A stretch of 64,000 bases of DNA from Octopus vulgaris (GCA_951406725.2 OX597814.1:101928001-101992000); one strand, 5' to 3'; shown: positions 14,312 to 27,934, counted from the stretch's first letter. Numbers and translations: made by a program. Notes: generated from the letters alone by a model not told the origin.

Positions 14312-14392
14312 AAGCCAACCCAAACATCAGGGACCACAGTGGTAAGAAACCAAAGCAATATTTGAGCAGTTCTGCATCCGCCAGGTGTCAAC
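14312..14392 (+). CDS. SOWAH: SOWAH-like exon (KANPNIRDHSGKKPKQYLSSSASARCQ)
   Basis: ttcacag acceptor and gtaagc donor. Phase 1 to 1, in frame with the previous exon. RDxSGKKxxQYL is the SOWAH-type end of the ankyrin domain. Confidence 0.88.
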
Positions 14393-14537
14393 GTAAGCAA
14401 TCTTTGGATACTTATCCAGTATCACCAATCCGTAGCATTATTCCTCATGGAAATATAAGGGATAAAATACAACATCTCTCCTTGGCTTCTAGTGCTTCTT
14501 ACAAAGTGTGAAGCATTGGCATTATTACTAATAATTC

Positions 14538-14576
<39 letters not shown>

Positions 14577-14977
14577 ATGTATATGTATACTGGCCTTTAT
14601 TAGTTTTAGGACAGAAATTTATTTTCTGCTTTTGTTTGCTTATTTTGCATGTTAAAATTTTTAATCCATTTCTGGCATATATATGCATAAAAAAAAAAGT
14701 TTGAAAATGATTTTTAAATTGTTACATTGTGACAAACTAATCTGTGATTTTAAGTAAATATTTTATTTTTAAATTGTTAAAAAAAAAAAATTAATTTCAA
14801 GAATTTTTGTTTGATAACAAATGTTGAACGAATGCTTTTTACCTTTTTGTGTGTGTGCGTGTGTGTGTGTGTCTTGTGTAACTGTTTATGAACAAATTCT
14901 AGTCAGTTTGCATAATTTAGAAGGAGATAACTCTTTACAAAATGTCACAATTATCCTTCTTGATATTTTATTTTCAG

Positions 14978-15162
14978 TCGTTTCTTTCACCAAAATCCCT
15001 CGTTTCTTTGTTTTGTTTTACAAGTCATTCCACCAGAAGGAGATGAAAACAGACACAACTCATGTGTCTTCAGTATTAATTTCATCGACTATGTCCTCTT
15101 CATTAATGAAAAGGATAGCTGGCTTCATTGTCTTCGAAAGAAAATCAGACATAGAGGGTTGA
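14978..15162 (+). CDS. Candidate alternative terminal exon (LVSFTKIPRFF...RKSDIEG*)
   Basis: tattttattttcag acceptor. Phase-1 reading after 14392 stays open for about 61 codons (the end of ORF 14821..15162). Confidence 0.25.
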
Positions 15163-16055
15163 GTACCAGAAAATATACATTCTGGTATTTAACTACTCTT
15201 AAATACCAAATTCTAGGTTATCTTTTGTCACTCTTTTTGGGTCGATTAACTGAGGTTCAGTCAAGTTATATCAACTATGACACTTTCAAAAATGTGTAGC
15301 CATGGGCCTGTGATATAATCGTAATTATTGTTGTTGTTATTATTATAATAAGGTGGTTGGGTGTTTGGAACAGAAGAGCATTTTTTTTTTTTTTTACAGT
15401 ATTTAGTTCTTCCACGACTTTGAGTTCAGATCTCACTGTAATCGACTTACTCCGCTCATATATGGGGTCTTGAACTCAATTCAGTCAATCAAGTCTACAC
15501 TTCCTCTATTTGTGGGGTTTTTTTTGTTTTTTCTTTTCCTATCCTTTCGGAATTTATAAGGTGGCTGCCACCTATATTCTTCAGTGGATAAAACATGATG
15601 TTTTTACTACAAATTTGTGGTCTTAAACGAATGTGCCTTGTCTTTGGCCCCTTCAGGAGTTCTATGGTACTATTGTAACATATGACATGTCTTGCCTGAC
15701 TAAATCTTACAGAGACATCCCATCCTTCAATTTGTGATCTTATGTTAATATAAGAAAATCATTTTTATAATTATTTATATTTCACTGAGAGAGCAATATA
15801 AAATTGGAAAACCATATGATTTTTCAATTTCATTCAGTCCATTCAGTAATTAATTACAGTTATTAATTTCCCTTTTCTCAGTTCGAGTTTCCATGACTGA
15901 GTTTATATATTAGCTGAAATATACAGGTGTTAATGCTACATATAATAGTCCATTCTTTTTCAAAAATTGGTCTCATGCCTGCATACAAGAATCATCTTTT
16001 AGCATTGAATGTGTTTCCTTGCTGGCGTGGGTTTAATAAGCAACACTATGACATG

Positions 16056-16266
16056 CAGTAGTATCTCACTTTTTGAACAACTCTGATCGCAAATAAATTG
16101 TGCTTTATATATATAGATATAGATATATATATATAAAGCATGATTTATTCATTACCAAAGGCGTTCATAAACCAAGGTACCACTGTATTAAATGAATATG
16201 AGAAAGACAGGAAATGAAGTACGATTTATTTGTGATCAGAGTTGTTCAAAAACCGAGGTTCTACTG
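16056..16266. mobile_element. Tigger/pogo-like MITE with about 50-bp TIRs
   Basis: cagtagtatctcactttttgaacaactctgatcgcaaataaat versus atttatttgtgatcagagttgttcaaaaaccgaggttctactg, followed by TA. Confidence 0.75.
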
Positions 16267-17639
16267 TACTGTCATTCTAGTCAATCCTTTATCATCTCAT
16301 TCTGCATATAGTGACTGGTATCTTTAATGCTCACATACTCTCTCAGCTCTTTTTTTTTCTGTTCTGGTTTTCAACTAAGTTATGGCTGCAAGTCTAACAA
16401 AATATATTCGACTCATTTCTCTCCAAACCCTTCCGGATTTTCTGCTTCCACTGTCACATCATCATCGTTTTGTTGTCAGCATTCTATTTCAATTCTTGGC
16501 TAAAACTATTAGAATTCATTCACGTTGTTGTTGTTAAGTTTGAGGCCAGACCTGAGTGAGCATACATGTAATTCATGACACTCCAGCCTTGACTGCTCTG
16601 TCTTTATAGAGGTGTACAGACCTACATTTTAATTTAGTGCCCAGGTAATTTGGTTGCTATTTCTAGTATGTGTAAAAGCCATGTAGAAGCTCCCAGTTTA
16701 TGTATGTAAGGACTCCATGCATTGCTTTTCCTGGAGGTCTTTAATACTGTTAAATTGACTCTACTTGTACCCAACCTGTTAATGTCTATACAGAAGTAAC
16801 TCCGATTCCAATTGCATCTGTTAGAAATCCAATGATGAATATCGTTTTATCTACATGCAATAGAGAATATAATTCAAGGTGCTGAATCAATGTAATTTTT
16901 GAGCCTTTCTGTTCTAATGAGATACTAATGGCAACATAGTTTCCTTGGTTTCATCTGCTGCCATTATTTTTTCTTTTTGCCCCCTTTCTTTTTTCTCTCT
17001 TTTTTTTTTGGTGGGGGGTGGTCCTTGAAATTTATTTTGGAAGAACAGTCATTCTTAAAAAAAAAAAAAACTTGAATGTTAAGCCAAAGTTTTACAGCAT
17101 GTATAACTAGTCTGGAAAATATTTTAATTTGATCAATTTTTACTTTCAAATTCAAAAGTGAGATAGAATGTGCATTTGTCTGCAAGATGTGCATTTGTGT
17201 GCAAGCATGTGCATGTATGCGTGTTTGTATCCATTTGCATTAAAGCATCTCATTGCACACCTTTTTTTATGAATGGGTTTAAATCTTGCCAAACTCAACT
17301 TTGCTTCTCATATTTTGGTGGTTGTGAGGTCATTGAACGAAAAACCAGTAAGTGACCACAAAAATCAATTCAATTGGTAGTAACCCTTCCCTATAAATAT
17401 TGCTTTTGTATCTAATATGTTTAATAGTCACTGCATTAAGATAGTAAAAAGAGGGTTGAGTATTTTTGTGTGTTTTGGAGTTTCTTTATTTTTTTTTGTT
17501 TTGTTTTAGCCAGTCCACTAAATCATTGTTATTCATCAATGATCAGTTACATTCTATGATTGATTTCTATACTTAAAAAAAAAAAGCTATAATTTCATTT
17601 GCTTTTTATTTATTTTTTCTCTATTTTTGTATCTAATAG

Positions 17640-17677
17640 TTTTAATGGGGGGAGGAATTGTTCGAGCTGGTGTAAAA
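17640..17677 (+). CDS. Candidate alternative cassette exon (LLMGGGIVRAGVK)
   Basis: Long T-rich tract with atag acceptor and a perfect gtaagt donor at 17678. G-rich island in AT-rich intron. Open in phase 1 after 14392 and ends in phase 0. Confidence 0.45.
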
Positions 17678-18658
17678 GTAAGTCTAGATTTCCTTATCAT
17701 AAATAACTAGTTTTAAAACATTTATCTTAACTTACTCTTTCTACATCTATGTATCTCACGATCTTTCTCTCATTCATTCTATGACTACCTTCCATTCTAT
17801 ATTGGCCCATTTCCCTCTACAGTATATGTATGCACGTAGATTATATAACTTTTAAGAAATAAAAGTACCCTATAACAATATTTCTCATTTTGAACATGAA
17901 AATTTGACTTCATTTGTATATTATTTTCCACACCTGTAATATTGTAATAACTTACCTACCTGAGCTGTATACTTAACCTCTTTCATTTCTTTCTTGAACA
18001 TGAAAATTTTTTCATTTCTTCATTTGACATTTGTTCTGACCCAAAGTTATCTAACTGTACAGCAAGTTTTTCAATTTAATTTTGTTCCTTTGAACATCCT
18101 CATTGATTTTCTTCAACAACTACATTCTACTAAAATGTCTTGACTTGGAAGAGTTGTAATATCAAGATTGTTTGCTCACACCACAAGGGAGGTCACTGTG
18201 TTATGTACTCTAAAGTGGTTTATATATTCAAATCACATTTTACATTTAGAACTGGGAATCAAGTTACGTTGTGTGTGTATTTTATCCTGTTTCAATCGTT
18301 GGACTGGAGCCATGCTGGGGCACTACCTTGAAGGACTTTCGTCAAACAAATCAAACCCAGTATTACGTTTGTTTGTTTTTTAACTCAAAGATTCGTTCTG
18401 TTGGTCTCTTGCCAAACTGCTATGTTATGGGGATGTTAAGAAACCAATATCAGGTCAAGTGTGAAACAAACATAGTCAATCACATGCACATACAACAGAC
18501 TTCTATTCAGTTTCTGTTTATCAAATTCACTCACAAGGTTTTAGTTAGCTGGTGACTTTAGGAGCAGACACTTTCTCAAGGTGCTGTGCTGTGGCACTGG
18601 GCTTAAAGCCATGTGATTGCAAGCAAGCTTCTTAACAATACATGTATGCCTATATATG

Positions 18659-18702
<44 letters not shown>

Positions 18703-18705
<3 letters not shown>

Positions 18706-18865
18706 TTTCTCTGCTTATTTTCTCGTGTTCTTTTCTGTTGAAGGGCATAGGCTCAAAACGTAAAAGACTTTCTCACCTTCCCAAGCGTTAAACTAATACA
18801 CCTATTGGTTGTTTACACACCTGTTTTCGTTTTTTGTTTTGCTTTTTTTTTGTAAATTCCAACTA
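18703..18865 (+). mobile_element. Short (TA)n-flanked repeat with degenerate hammerhead-like motif (18729-18767)
   Basis: tctttt CTGTTGA a gggc atag gctc aaaacgt aaaaga. A reverse-complement copy lies at about 63774-63898. Confidence 0.5.
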
Positions 18866-21316
18866 TATATATATGATGGACTCTCCTGTCGAAGACAATG
18901 TATGAGTGTTCAGCTTTTGCAGAACAACCTGCACAAATGCTTTATTTATAGTGAGCAAATGTTTGTGTTGCACATTAGCTAATTTTCTCCATCAAATTGA
19001 TGTCTGAACAGGGACACAATGTGCCATAATTCAAGTGTTGAAGTAAAATACAGAGCAATGTGAGATGAAGTAGTTTTCTCAAGAACACAATGCACTTCCC
19101 AGTCTTGAAACTGAAACCATGATGTCGCAATCATGAGTGCTACACCCTCACCCTATATATATATATATATATATATACAGATAGATAGATATAGATATTG
19201 AATGTTTTCAGTAGAGTATTTGTTGGATAATGTATTACATTTTATGAAAATATTATTTAACAAATATTCTACTGAAAACATTCTTTAAAAAACTACACAC
19301 GCATGCACACACATCCCAAAAAACAACATTGTCTACTTCTCACTTTGTACAATGTTAATAACAATACTGTTTATCATTACAACCCATTAGAAATATAGGC
19401 TGTGGTTTCATTTTACAAAACAGTTTAGTAGAATTAACACAATGACCTCCTTTGTTGAGTAAACGTATGACCACTCATTATTTGATGTGCATATAATAGA
19501 CCAAAATATCCTCTCTGTATTTTCCAATCCTTATCAATTTCTTTAGTAATAAGTATCTCACCATGATTTATACAGATAGCAAAACATACTGCATGATTTT
19601 TGTACATAAAAATTTATGCAATTCCTGTTGTGGTGCTTGTAACTGAAAAAAATTTCTAATCCATGAATAAACGAAGAATAATGTGGAAATTATACTAGCT
19701 TTAATGGTGATCATGATAGGTTATGTTTTTCCTTAATGTTATCAGTTAAAAAAAATTATAAATACAGTGATGATGGTAATGATGTTGGGCTCATTGTTAA
19801 GAACAATAACTTCTGACTTGTATTGATATTTGACAATTTCCTACTACATTCTACCCAGATATTAGAAGTATGAGCTATAACATGTACAGCCAAAATAGGT
19901 AACCAAATATTTGTAATGTATTTGAAGTTATGATCTGTAAGGTGGAAGATTAACATTCTATCAGCTGAACCATTTCACTACAAAGCAATAATAGACAGAG
20001 ATTTATTTTTGCTTTTAGCAACTCGGATGAGAGACTGGGTCCTTGTCATTTCATATACTGTTACACTCCATTCGAGTGATTTTAAACACTTGTTTGGTGA
20101 AGGCTATTGAGGTCACAAAAAATGAAGAAATAGATGATGTTGCTTCTAATTTGGTTGCTTTATACATCAATTTGTGCAGAACTATTGATTTTGATTTCTG
20201 TAGTGTGTAGATGTAAGATCAAATAGTTGTGTTTAATTCTTTGTCAACTCTTTAGAATTAAGGTCCAAGTCTTCCAGAGTATGATTTCATCACACAATCA
20301 TGGATAAGAAATAACATGTCAATTCCTCCAAGAAACATTTGATGATTAGTATTTGTCTTTTAAAACTTCATGGCATGAAACAGAGGAGCAAGAAATTTCT
20401 TCCTAAATTAAGTGCCAGTCTTACTAGATTATTTGCTTGGTAGCAAGTTAATTCGAGACAAAGTAAAATTAAGTATGCTAACTAGATACACAACTAAATA
20501 CCAGCAGTGGATTTGAGTAAAAAACTTATGAACTGGTCAATCAATGCCATGTCCACTCAGTTGCTTTATTGCTCATAAGTAAATGAACTAACTATGAGGG
20601 AGTTATTGAGTCTGCTCTACTCTTTATGTAACCATTCAACTTTTATTATTAATTTTGTTTTGTTTTAAGGCAACAAGCTGGCAGAATCATTGCATGCCAG
20701 GCAAAATGCTTGGTAGCATTTTGTCCATCATTACATTCTGAGTTCAAATTCTGCTGAAGTCAACTTTGCCTTTCACCTTTTTGGGATCAATAAATTAAGT
20801 ACCAGTTGAATATTGGGGTCGATATGATTGACTTACCCCTTCCCCAAACATGCTGACCTTGTGCCAAAATTTGAAATCATTATTAATTTCATTTTGTTTT
20901 AAGGCAACAAGCTGACAAAATCAATAACATGCTTAGTTCATCTGTCTGTAAGTTCTGTGTTCAAATTCTACTGAGATCGACTCCATCTTTTATTCTTTTA
21001 TCATTGACAAAATAGATACCAGTGAAACACTGAGGTCAAAGTAACTGACTATACCCCTCCCTTAAAATTTCAGACCTTATGCCTATAGTACTTTTTTAAA
21101 AATTAATTTTTGGTTTTTTTTTTTCTCCTTGTCACATAGGCCTTATGTTTTAGAAGTAGTAATTGTATTCATTCATCTCCCTCACTCTCTTAAGGGCATA
21201 AATACCTTGTGTAGTTTTGCATCCTCAACAAAGAATTTAAAACCAATATGTTGGGTTTCAACTTGCTAGGAACTTACATCTCTCTATCTGGAACTTGCCT
21301 GGAATAATGCTGCAAA

Positions 21317-21356
<40 letters not shown>

Positions 21357-21699
21357 CTTTATTATTTTATAGGGCTGAGATGGGAATTTGGGGTGAATAA
21401 TGTCGAGATCTATATATTTTTATGTGATAGATTTAGGAATATAACTGAGGGTAATACCTCAAAACCAAAGCAAATCATTGTTTAATGCCTCGCCGCCAAT
21501 ACCGCCAGCGACATTGGCGAGGTAACAGTTTGAACAATTTAGCATGAAAAAGAAAACAAGAAATTTATGCAATTCCCATTCAGTTTTCATTACACTAACT
21601 TACATAATTCAGAACACTCCAGCTGTAAACCACTAAATGCCTCCCTGTCAACCACAATGTAACCACTTCATACAGTAAAAGGCAAGCATTTTGTTCAGT

Positions 21700-21760
<61 letters not shown>

Positions 21761-21890
21761 CCAATGAAAAGAAAACAAACAAACACACACAGACATAATA
21801 TATGTGTTTGTGTGTATGTGTGTATACACATACAAATGTATATATGTGTGTATATATACATATGTATGTATATACATATATGTTTATATA

Positions 21891-21942
<52 letters not shown>

Positions 21943-22339
21943 TATGTGTGTATGTACATATATATATATGTATATACATATGTGTGTGTATATATGTATA
22001 TGTGCATATATATATGTATGTATATACATGTTTATATATGTATGTACATACACACATATATATAGAGAGAGAGATATACAAACGTGTATACATATATCTA
22101 TATACATATATTTGTATGTGTGTGTGTTTGTATCTATACATTTTGTGTGTTGTGCATCTACATCTTTTATATAAGGATATATTGCATATGCAAAGTAAAA
22201 CAGTTTCTTCATATACATATGTGCATGTGCATGCACACACACACACATATACAAATGCATTATACACATACACACAATTTCTCTCTCTCTCTCTCCTCGT
22301 TTTTTTTTTTTATCTTCTCCCACTACGGTGTGTATGTAG

Positions 22340-22396
22340 TGTAAAAACATCAGAAAGGTGTCTGTTCAAAGATTAGGAGTTAACTGGGAGGAATAA
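22340..22396 (+). CDS. Candidate alternative terminal exon (CKNIRKVSVQRLGVNWEE*)
   Basis: First AG after a long pyrimidine tract. Phase-0 reading is open to TAA. Followed by about 1.7 kb of U-rich, TE-poor, 3'UTR-like sequence. Confidence 0.3.
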   Translation, partial: CKNIRKVSVQRLGVNWEE

Positions 22397-23249
22397 AAAT
22401 GAGTGTGTGTGTGTTTATATATATATATATATATATAAACAAGTATATAACCACTCTCTCCCCAACACCAACACCACCTAAGTGTTTGAACAATTCTAAA
22501 ATCAAATAGTTAATGTAGCACCATAAAATTGCCACAAATTTTTTTTTCCACTTGAGGGTAGAAAACAAAAAAAACAATAAAACAAATCTATGCAGTTTTT
22601 TTTTCCTTTCCTTAATTTTTTTTTAATATTTTACTCTTATATATATATATGTGTGTGTGTGTATGTGTGTGTATTTGTTTCATCTCTGATTATGTTGGCA
22701 ATGTTTTATTATATAGCCTCTGTAAGTTGGTTTTTTTTTTTCTGAAAGTTGCGCAGCATGTTGAAAATATATAGGTTATGTCTTTCCTTAATGTAGTCAG
22801 TTAAAAAAGAATAAATACATATATATTTTTTTAAATATGTAAAAAAAAACAAATACAAAAAACTGAAAGTGAAAGGAAAATTTTTTTTTATTATATTTAT
22901 TTGTTTACTTTTTATTAAAAATGCAGTATTATCCAGCTTGTATTTTGACTAAATTCTATTTCTACACACAATTTTCCTGACATCGACCTTTGATGTCTTT
23001 CATTTGTTTATATATTCATTGTTTTTTTTTTATTTTTATTATATTATTATCATTATTATTGTTGTTGATTTTATTACTGTTATTACAGTATCCACTCTCA
23101 AACACAAACATCCCTCCCCACCAACACTGCACCAAACACCTCCACACAAATCACCACCCTCACTACATAACACACAGGCACTCACTCTTTATGTTTCTAG
23201 CAATAAAAACCTTCAGATAATTTTCTAGCTCTTTGTTATTTTCCTCATG

Positions 23250-23294
<45 letters not shown>

Positions 23295-23398
23295 CACACA
23301 TAAATACGCTCAAATAGCTTTTATATCACACTGAAATATATTTCTGTTAGAAAATTATTCTGTATTTCATATAGTATTACATAGTTTTGACAATAATA

Positions 23399-23429
<31 letters not shown>

Positions 23430-24218
23430 TCCCTAACTGAATCGCTTTTCATTTCTGGCACTATAGAATTAATGATATCCAATGCGTTCTTTTTTTTTTC
23501 CCCCTCTTCCATTTTCCTCTCTAACTATTCTATCCTGACATTAAATCCTTATATATATTTATGTGTGTGTGTGTGTGTATAGAGACGTATATACATACAT
23601 ATGTATGTATATATATAATTCACGCCTGAAATCTTACTATTAATACAATGCACATTAATGTCAAACAGAACTAAAAAGTCATAATACAAACAAACTTGCT
23701 GTATTCTCTCTATCATTCTTTTGTATTTCTATGAAGCAATTTTTTGTCTCCCCTAAATGCATGAGATTTCTTTCCCTTTGTTTTCTCTACGTTTCTACTA
23801 AAAACACAAAACTCAAAAAAAAATTTTTTTTTTCCCTGATATTTAAAATGTTTATAAAGATGTATTTATGAAATTTAATACAACCTGTTAGCTTTTTTAT
23901 TTCTTCTTCAATAGTGGAATGCCTTTGTGTTGTAGAATGAATTATTTCTGTAGATTTAGGTGTGTACAAATCAAAGCATAGTTTAAACTCTGTGAAGAGA
24001 ATAATCATTCATTTTATTTTTAATGTCATTTTTTTTTTTACGTTTTTGCAACTATGCCTTGAATATTACAGATGTTAACAACCCACGCTTCTACCACTAG
24101 CTTCATTACACCTTTTTCTTTTCTTTTTTTCCACTTGTAAAGTATTTTGTGCAGGTCTCTTTTCATATATCAACTTTTTCCCCCAAATCTACCTCACTTC
24201 CAATAACTGAAAATAGAA

Positions 24219-24263
<45 letters not shown>

Positions 24264-25754
24264 TATATAGTAGCCATTAAACATGCACACATCTGTGCAT
24301 GTGTGTGCAAATGCACGGAAAAATCTTAAAAGAAAATGTTATTGTAAAGAACATAGCACAAGAGAACTAAATTCAAAGACCTTGTCTAAGGCAATTTCAA
24401 CACAGCTAATAATAATAATAATAGTAATAATTTTATTTGCCACATGAGCAATAGATGAGGAGACATTACATATGCAAATTTCAAAATGATGTGTTTTATA
24501 AAGAAGTGATGATGGAAAAAACATGTGGAAAACAAAAGTATAAAAATTGAATGTAATAATCCAATAGAGAGACAGTCATTTAGAGTAGCTAAAGAACTCT
24601 ATAGATCCAATGTTACCATGACTGCTGATCAGAGCCTTCTCTCTGAATCCTAGCCTGTAGGTTCATGCTGAAAGTAAGTCTAATATTGAGGGTTATTCTC
24701 ACTACTTTCATCCACTTTTCAGTAAATCAACTTGAGGGCATCTCCTCCCTTTCTGCCTAACTTTCCTTTCAAAATGGATCTTGAACAAATTGATAAGCTT
24801 GGTCACAGATATTAGCATCTATCCTCAGTCCTTTTAATCATGTGCCTCATACAATCTCTGTTACCATGGTTACCAGAGACAGAAAAACTCTCCTCCTTTC
24901 CTGGTTAAAGAAAGACTATTGGGCAATTCTTACAATGGACATGGTTAATATCGAGATTTTTTCTACATACAACAGCAGCTGTTTGTCATGACTCAACCAG
25001 TCAACAATGTATAGATAGTGAATGAGTACATGCACAATTGTTTTGGTTACCTTGCAGGATTCTTAGAGAAGTCTAACTGTTAGAGCTATCATGTTTGTAG
25101 AATTTATCTTGAAGTAGCAGTGCTCTTAATAGCTCTACCATTCCAAGGTTTTATTGAGTTTGTACATAGTCCCCAAACTGACAGTCTTCCAGGGTATTCA
25201 CTTGATCTTCCACAATACCCAAAGTGTGCCCAAATCACTCTCAAGCACCACTAATCTTCTATAGAATGCGAGGGTTGATCACTGGTTACATTAACTGACT
25301 GGTTGAGAACTCTGAATGTTCTACAGCATTCCAGATATCAGGCTTCCAATCTTGGTCTTCACTTGATGTCATCAAAGGAAAATTTGCTTCGAGGCAGTTG
25401 ACCCTTTTGTTAAGTGGAACATGTCTCTTCCACAAGAATAGACAATCTCACCTGGTCAAATAAAAGGTAGAGCAAGAAATGATGGCCAGACATATAAACA
25501 AATAACAGTGATGAATGCTATTCTAAAACCAGGACATACATGTTCACATGCAAATTAATAAAGAGGCACCAGCCTCATAGCTGTAGGCATAATTTACATT
25601 TCAAGCCTACATAGCTATAAGAAAAGAAATATCTTCGGTCCCCCAGCATACCAAAGAAATTGTCCTATACCTGTATGTAGATCTTCCTCATATGGTCATC
25701 ATGTCCAGTACCATCATCATCATCTTCAGTTATATATATCTCAGTTCAGCGTCA

Positions 25755-25972
25755 GGCACACTGGGCAAAATGCTTAGCGGTATTTCATCTGCACTACATT
25801 CTGAGTTCACATTCCGCTGAGATTGATTTTGCCCTTCATCCTTTCAGGGGTCGCTAAATTAAGTACCGGTGAAACACTGGGGTTACTGTAATTGACTAGT
25901 CCACTCCCGACAAATTTCAGGCCTTGTGCCTTTAGTAGAAATGATCATTATCATCATCATCACCACCACCAC

Positions 25973-26023
<51 letters not shown>

Positions 26024-27540
26024 GGCCGCAAGCCGGAAGAATTGTTAGCATGCTTGGCAAATTTCTTTGTGGTATTTCTTTCACTTTTATTTTCTAAGTT
26101 CAAATTCTGCCAGTGAAGGTTGCCTTTCACTCTTTCAGGGTTGATAAAACAAGTACCTATTGAGTGAGCTCTGGGATCAATGTAAGCAACTAGCCCTTCC
26201 CCACAAAATTTCAGGCCTTATGTCTATGATAGAAAAGATTATTATTATTATTATTATTATAGCAGAATCATGAGTGTACTGGAGAAAATGCTTTTTGGCA
26301 TTCCTTTCAATTTTACATTCTGAGTTCAAATTTAGCCGTGGTTAATTTTACCTTTTACCCTTTTCAAGGTTGTTATAAAACAATTACCTGTTGAGCATTG
26401 GAGTCAATGTCATTGACTAGCCCTTCCCCTCAAAATTTCAGGTCTTGTGCCTATAGCAGAAAAGCTATATGGTTGATAAAGTACAAGTACTGGGGTTGAT
26501 TTTCTCGACTAGCTCCCACCCCCAAAATTTCAGATCTTATTCCTATAGTAGAAATGAATGTTATCATTATTATTGCTATTTTTAAGGCTGTGAGCTGGCA
26601 GAAATGTTAGCATGCCAGGCGAAATACTTAGTGGCATTTTGTTTAACCTTACATTCTGAGTTCAAATTCTGCCAAGGTCAACTTTGCCTTTCATTCTTTC
26701 AAGGTCGATGAAATAAGTACCGGTTACACACTGGAGTCAAAGTAATTGACTAGCCCCCTCACCCTCAATTTCTAATAGAAAAGATTATCTCATGTACAAG
26801 CAAAAGATGAAACTGTTGGAAAAGAAAAATTCCTAACATCAAGCCACAAGTAACCTTAGGTGCCAAGAATGCTCCTAGCTGTCCCTTATAACATCGTTTT
26901 CTGGAGCTGCACTAAACTAAGTTTTATGCCTATTTCCTCTATCCATGTGTACAAATCTTTAGGTATAGTTACTAATGCACCTACATCTAAAAGGATACAT
27001 TTTACCTCCACTTTCTATAACCTCTGTAACTCAATAGTTAGCTCCTGGTACTTCGCTATTTTCTCTATACCTTTCATATTGACTTTCTTATCATTTGGGA
27101 CTGTAAAATCATTATTATTATTTGGTGAGCTGGCAGAATCATTAGCACGCCAGGCGAAATGCTTAGCGGTATTTCGTCTGCCGCTATGTTCTGAGTTCAA
27201 ATTCCGCCAAGGTCGACTTTGCCTTTCATCCTTTCAGGGTTGATTAAATAAGTACCAGTTACGCACTGGGGTTGATATAATCAACTTAATTCATTTATCT
27301 GTCCTTGTTTGTCCTTTCTGTGTTTAGCCCCTTGTGGGTAGTAAAGAAATAGGTATTTCACCTGCCACTACGTTCTGAGTTCAAATTCCACCAAGGACAA
27401 CTTTACCGTTCACCCTTTCAAGGTCGATAAATTAAGTACCAGTGAAACACTGGGGTCAATGTAATAAACTAGTCCCTTCCTCCAAAATTTTCAGGCCTTG
27501 TGACTTGGGTAGAAATGATTATTATTATTATTATTATTAT
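25755..27540 (+). repeat. Head-to-tail cluster of family A SINEs separated by (ATT)n
   Basis: About 6-7 copies of the ctgagttcaaatt...ctttgcctttcatcctttc...aagtaccag unit, interrupted by the RLE-type LINE fragment. Confidence 0.8.
26790..27112 (-). mobile_element. RLE-type (R4/NeSL-like) non-LTR element C-terminal fragment
   Basis: DFTVPNDKKVNMKGIEKIAKYQELTIELQRL...VGALVTIPKDL resembles the restriction-like endonuclease tail (D..VP.D....KE.EK..KY..L..E..RLW). Confidence 0.6.
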
Positions 27541-27934
27541 TGAGAGAACAGCACATGCAAGTGAAACTGGGATGCAACTATACAAAGCCTGATACACCCA
27601 TGCATCACAACCATATGTGAATAACATGGTGACATTGTATCAAGATAAATAATGCATGACCTTTGCAGGTGGGGCCGAGTTAGAATTTTCTTCAGATCAA
27701 GCAGCCCATCCTGCTCAAAAGGTTCCTGAATAAGGATTCTTTGAGTATGCTGAATGTAACACCCGTTTCCAGAGGTGAATTATTCAAACCCCAAAGAATT
27801 TCTCTCAACGTATGGCTGTGGTGCTCTTCCACTGCTCATGATCAGAGACGCACTTATCGGCCACTAAGGGACATGCCCAACTGGTTAAGGTGACTCAACT
27901 GACAAGCAAATCTGTGGCATTGAACAGAATGTTA

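Noticed and set aside
20019-20030. Acceptor-like gcttttag followed by caa ctc gga tga
   Set aside because: Only three codons before a stop and no independent support. Such sites are frequent in AT-rich introns.
21440-21522. ctgagggtaatacctcaaaac and the GC-rich cctcgcc...ggcgagg hairpin
   Set aside because: The core motifs are incomplete and the stems short. Probably decayed repeat sequence.
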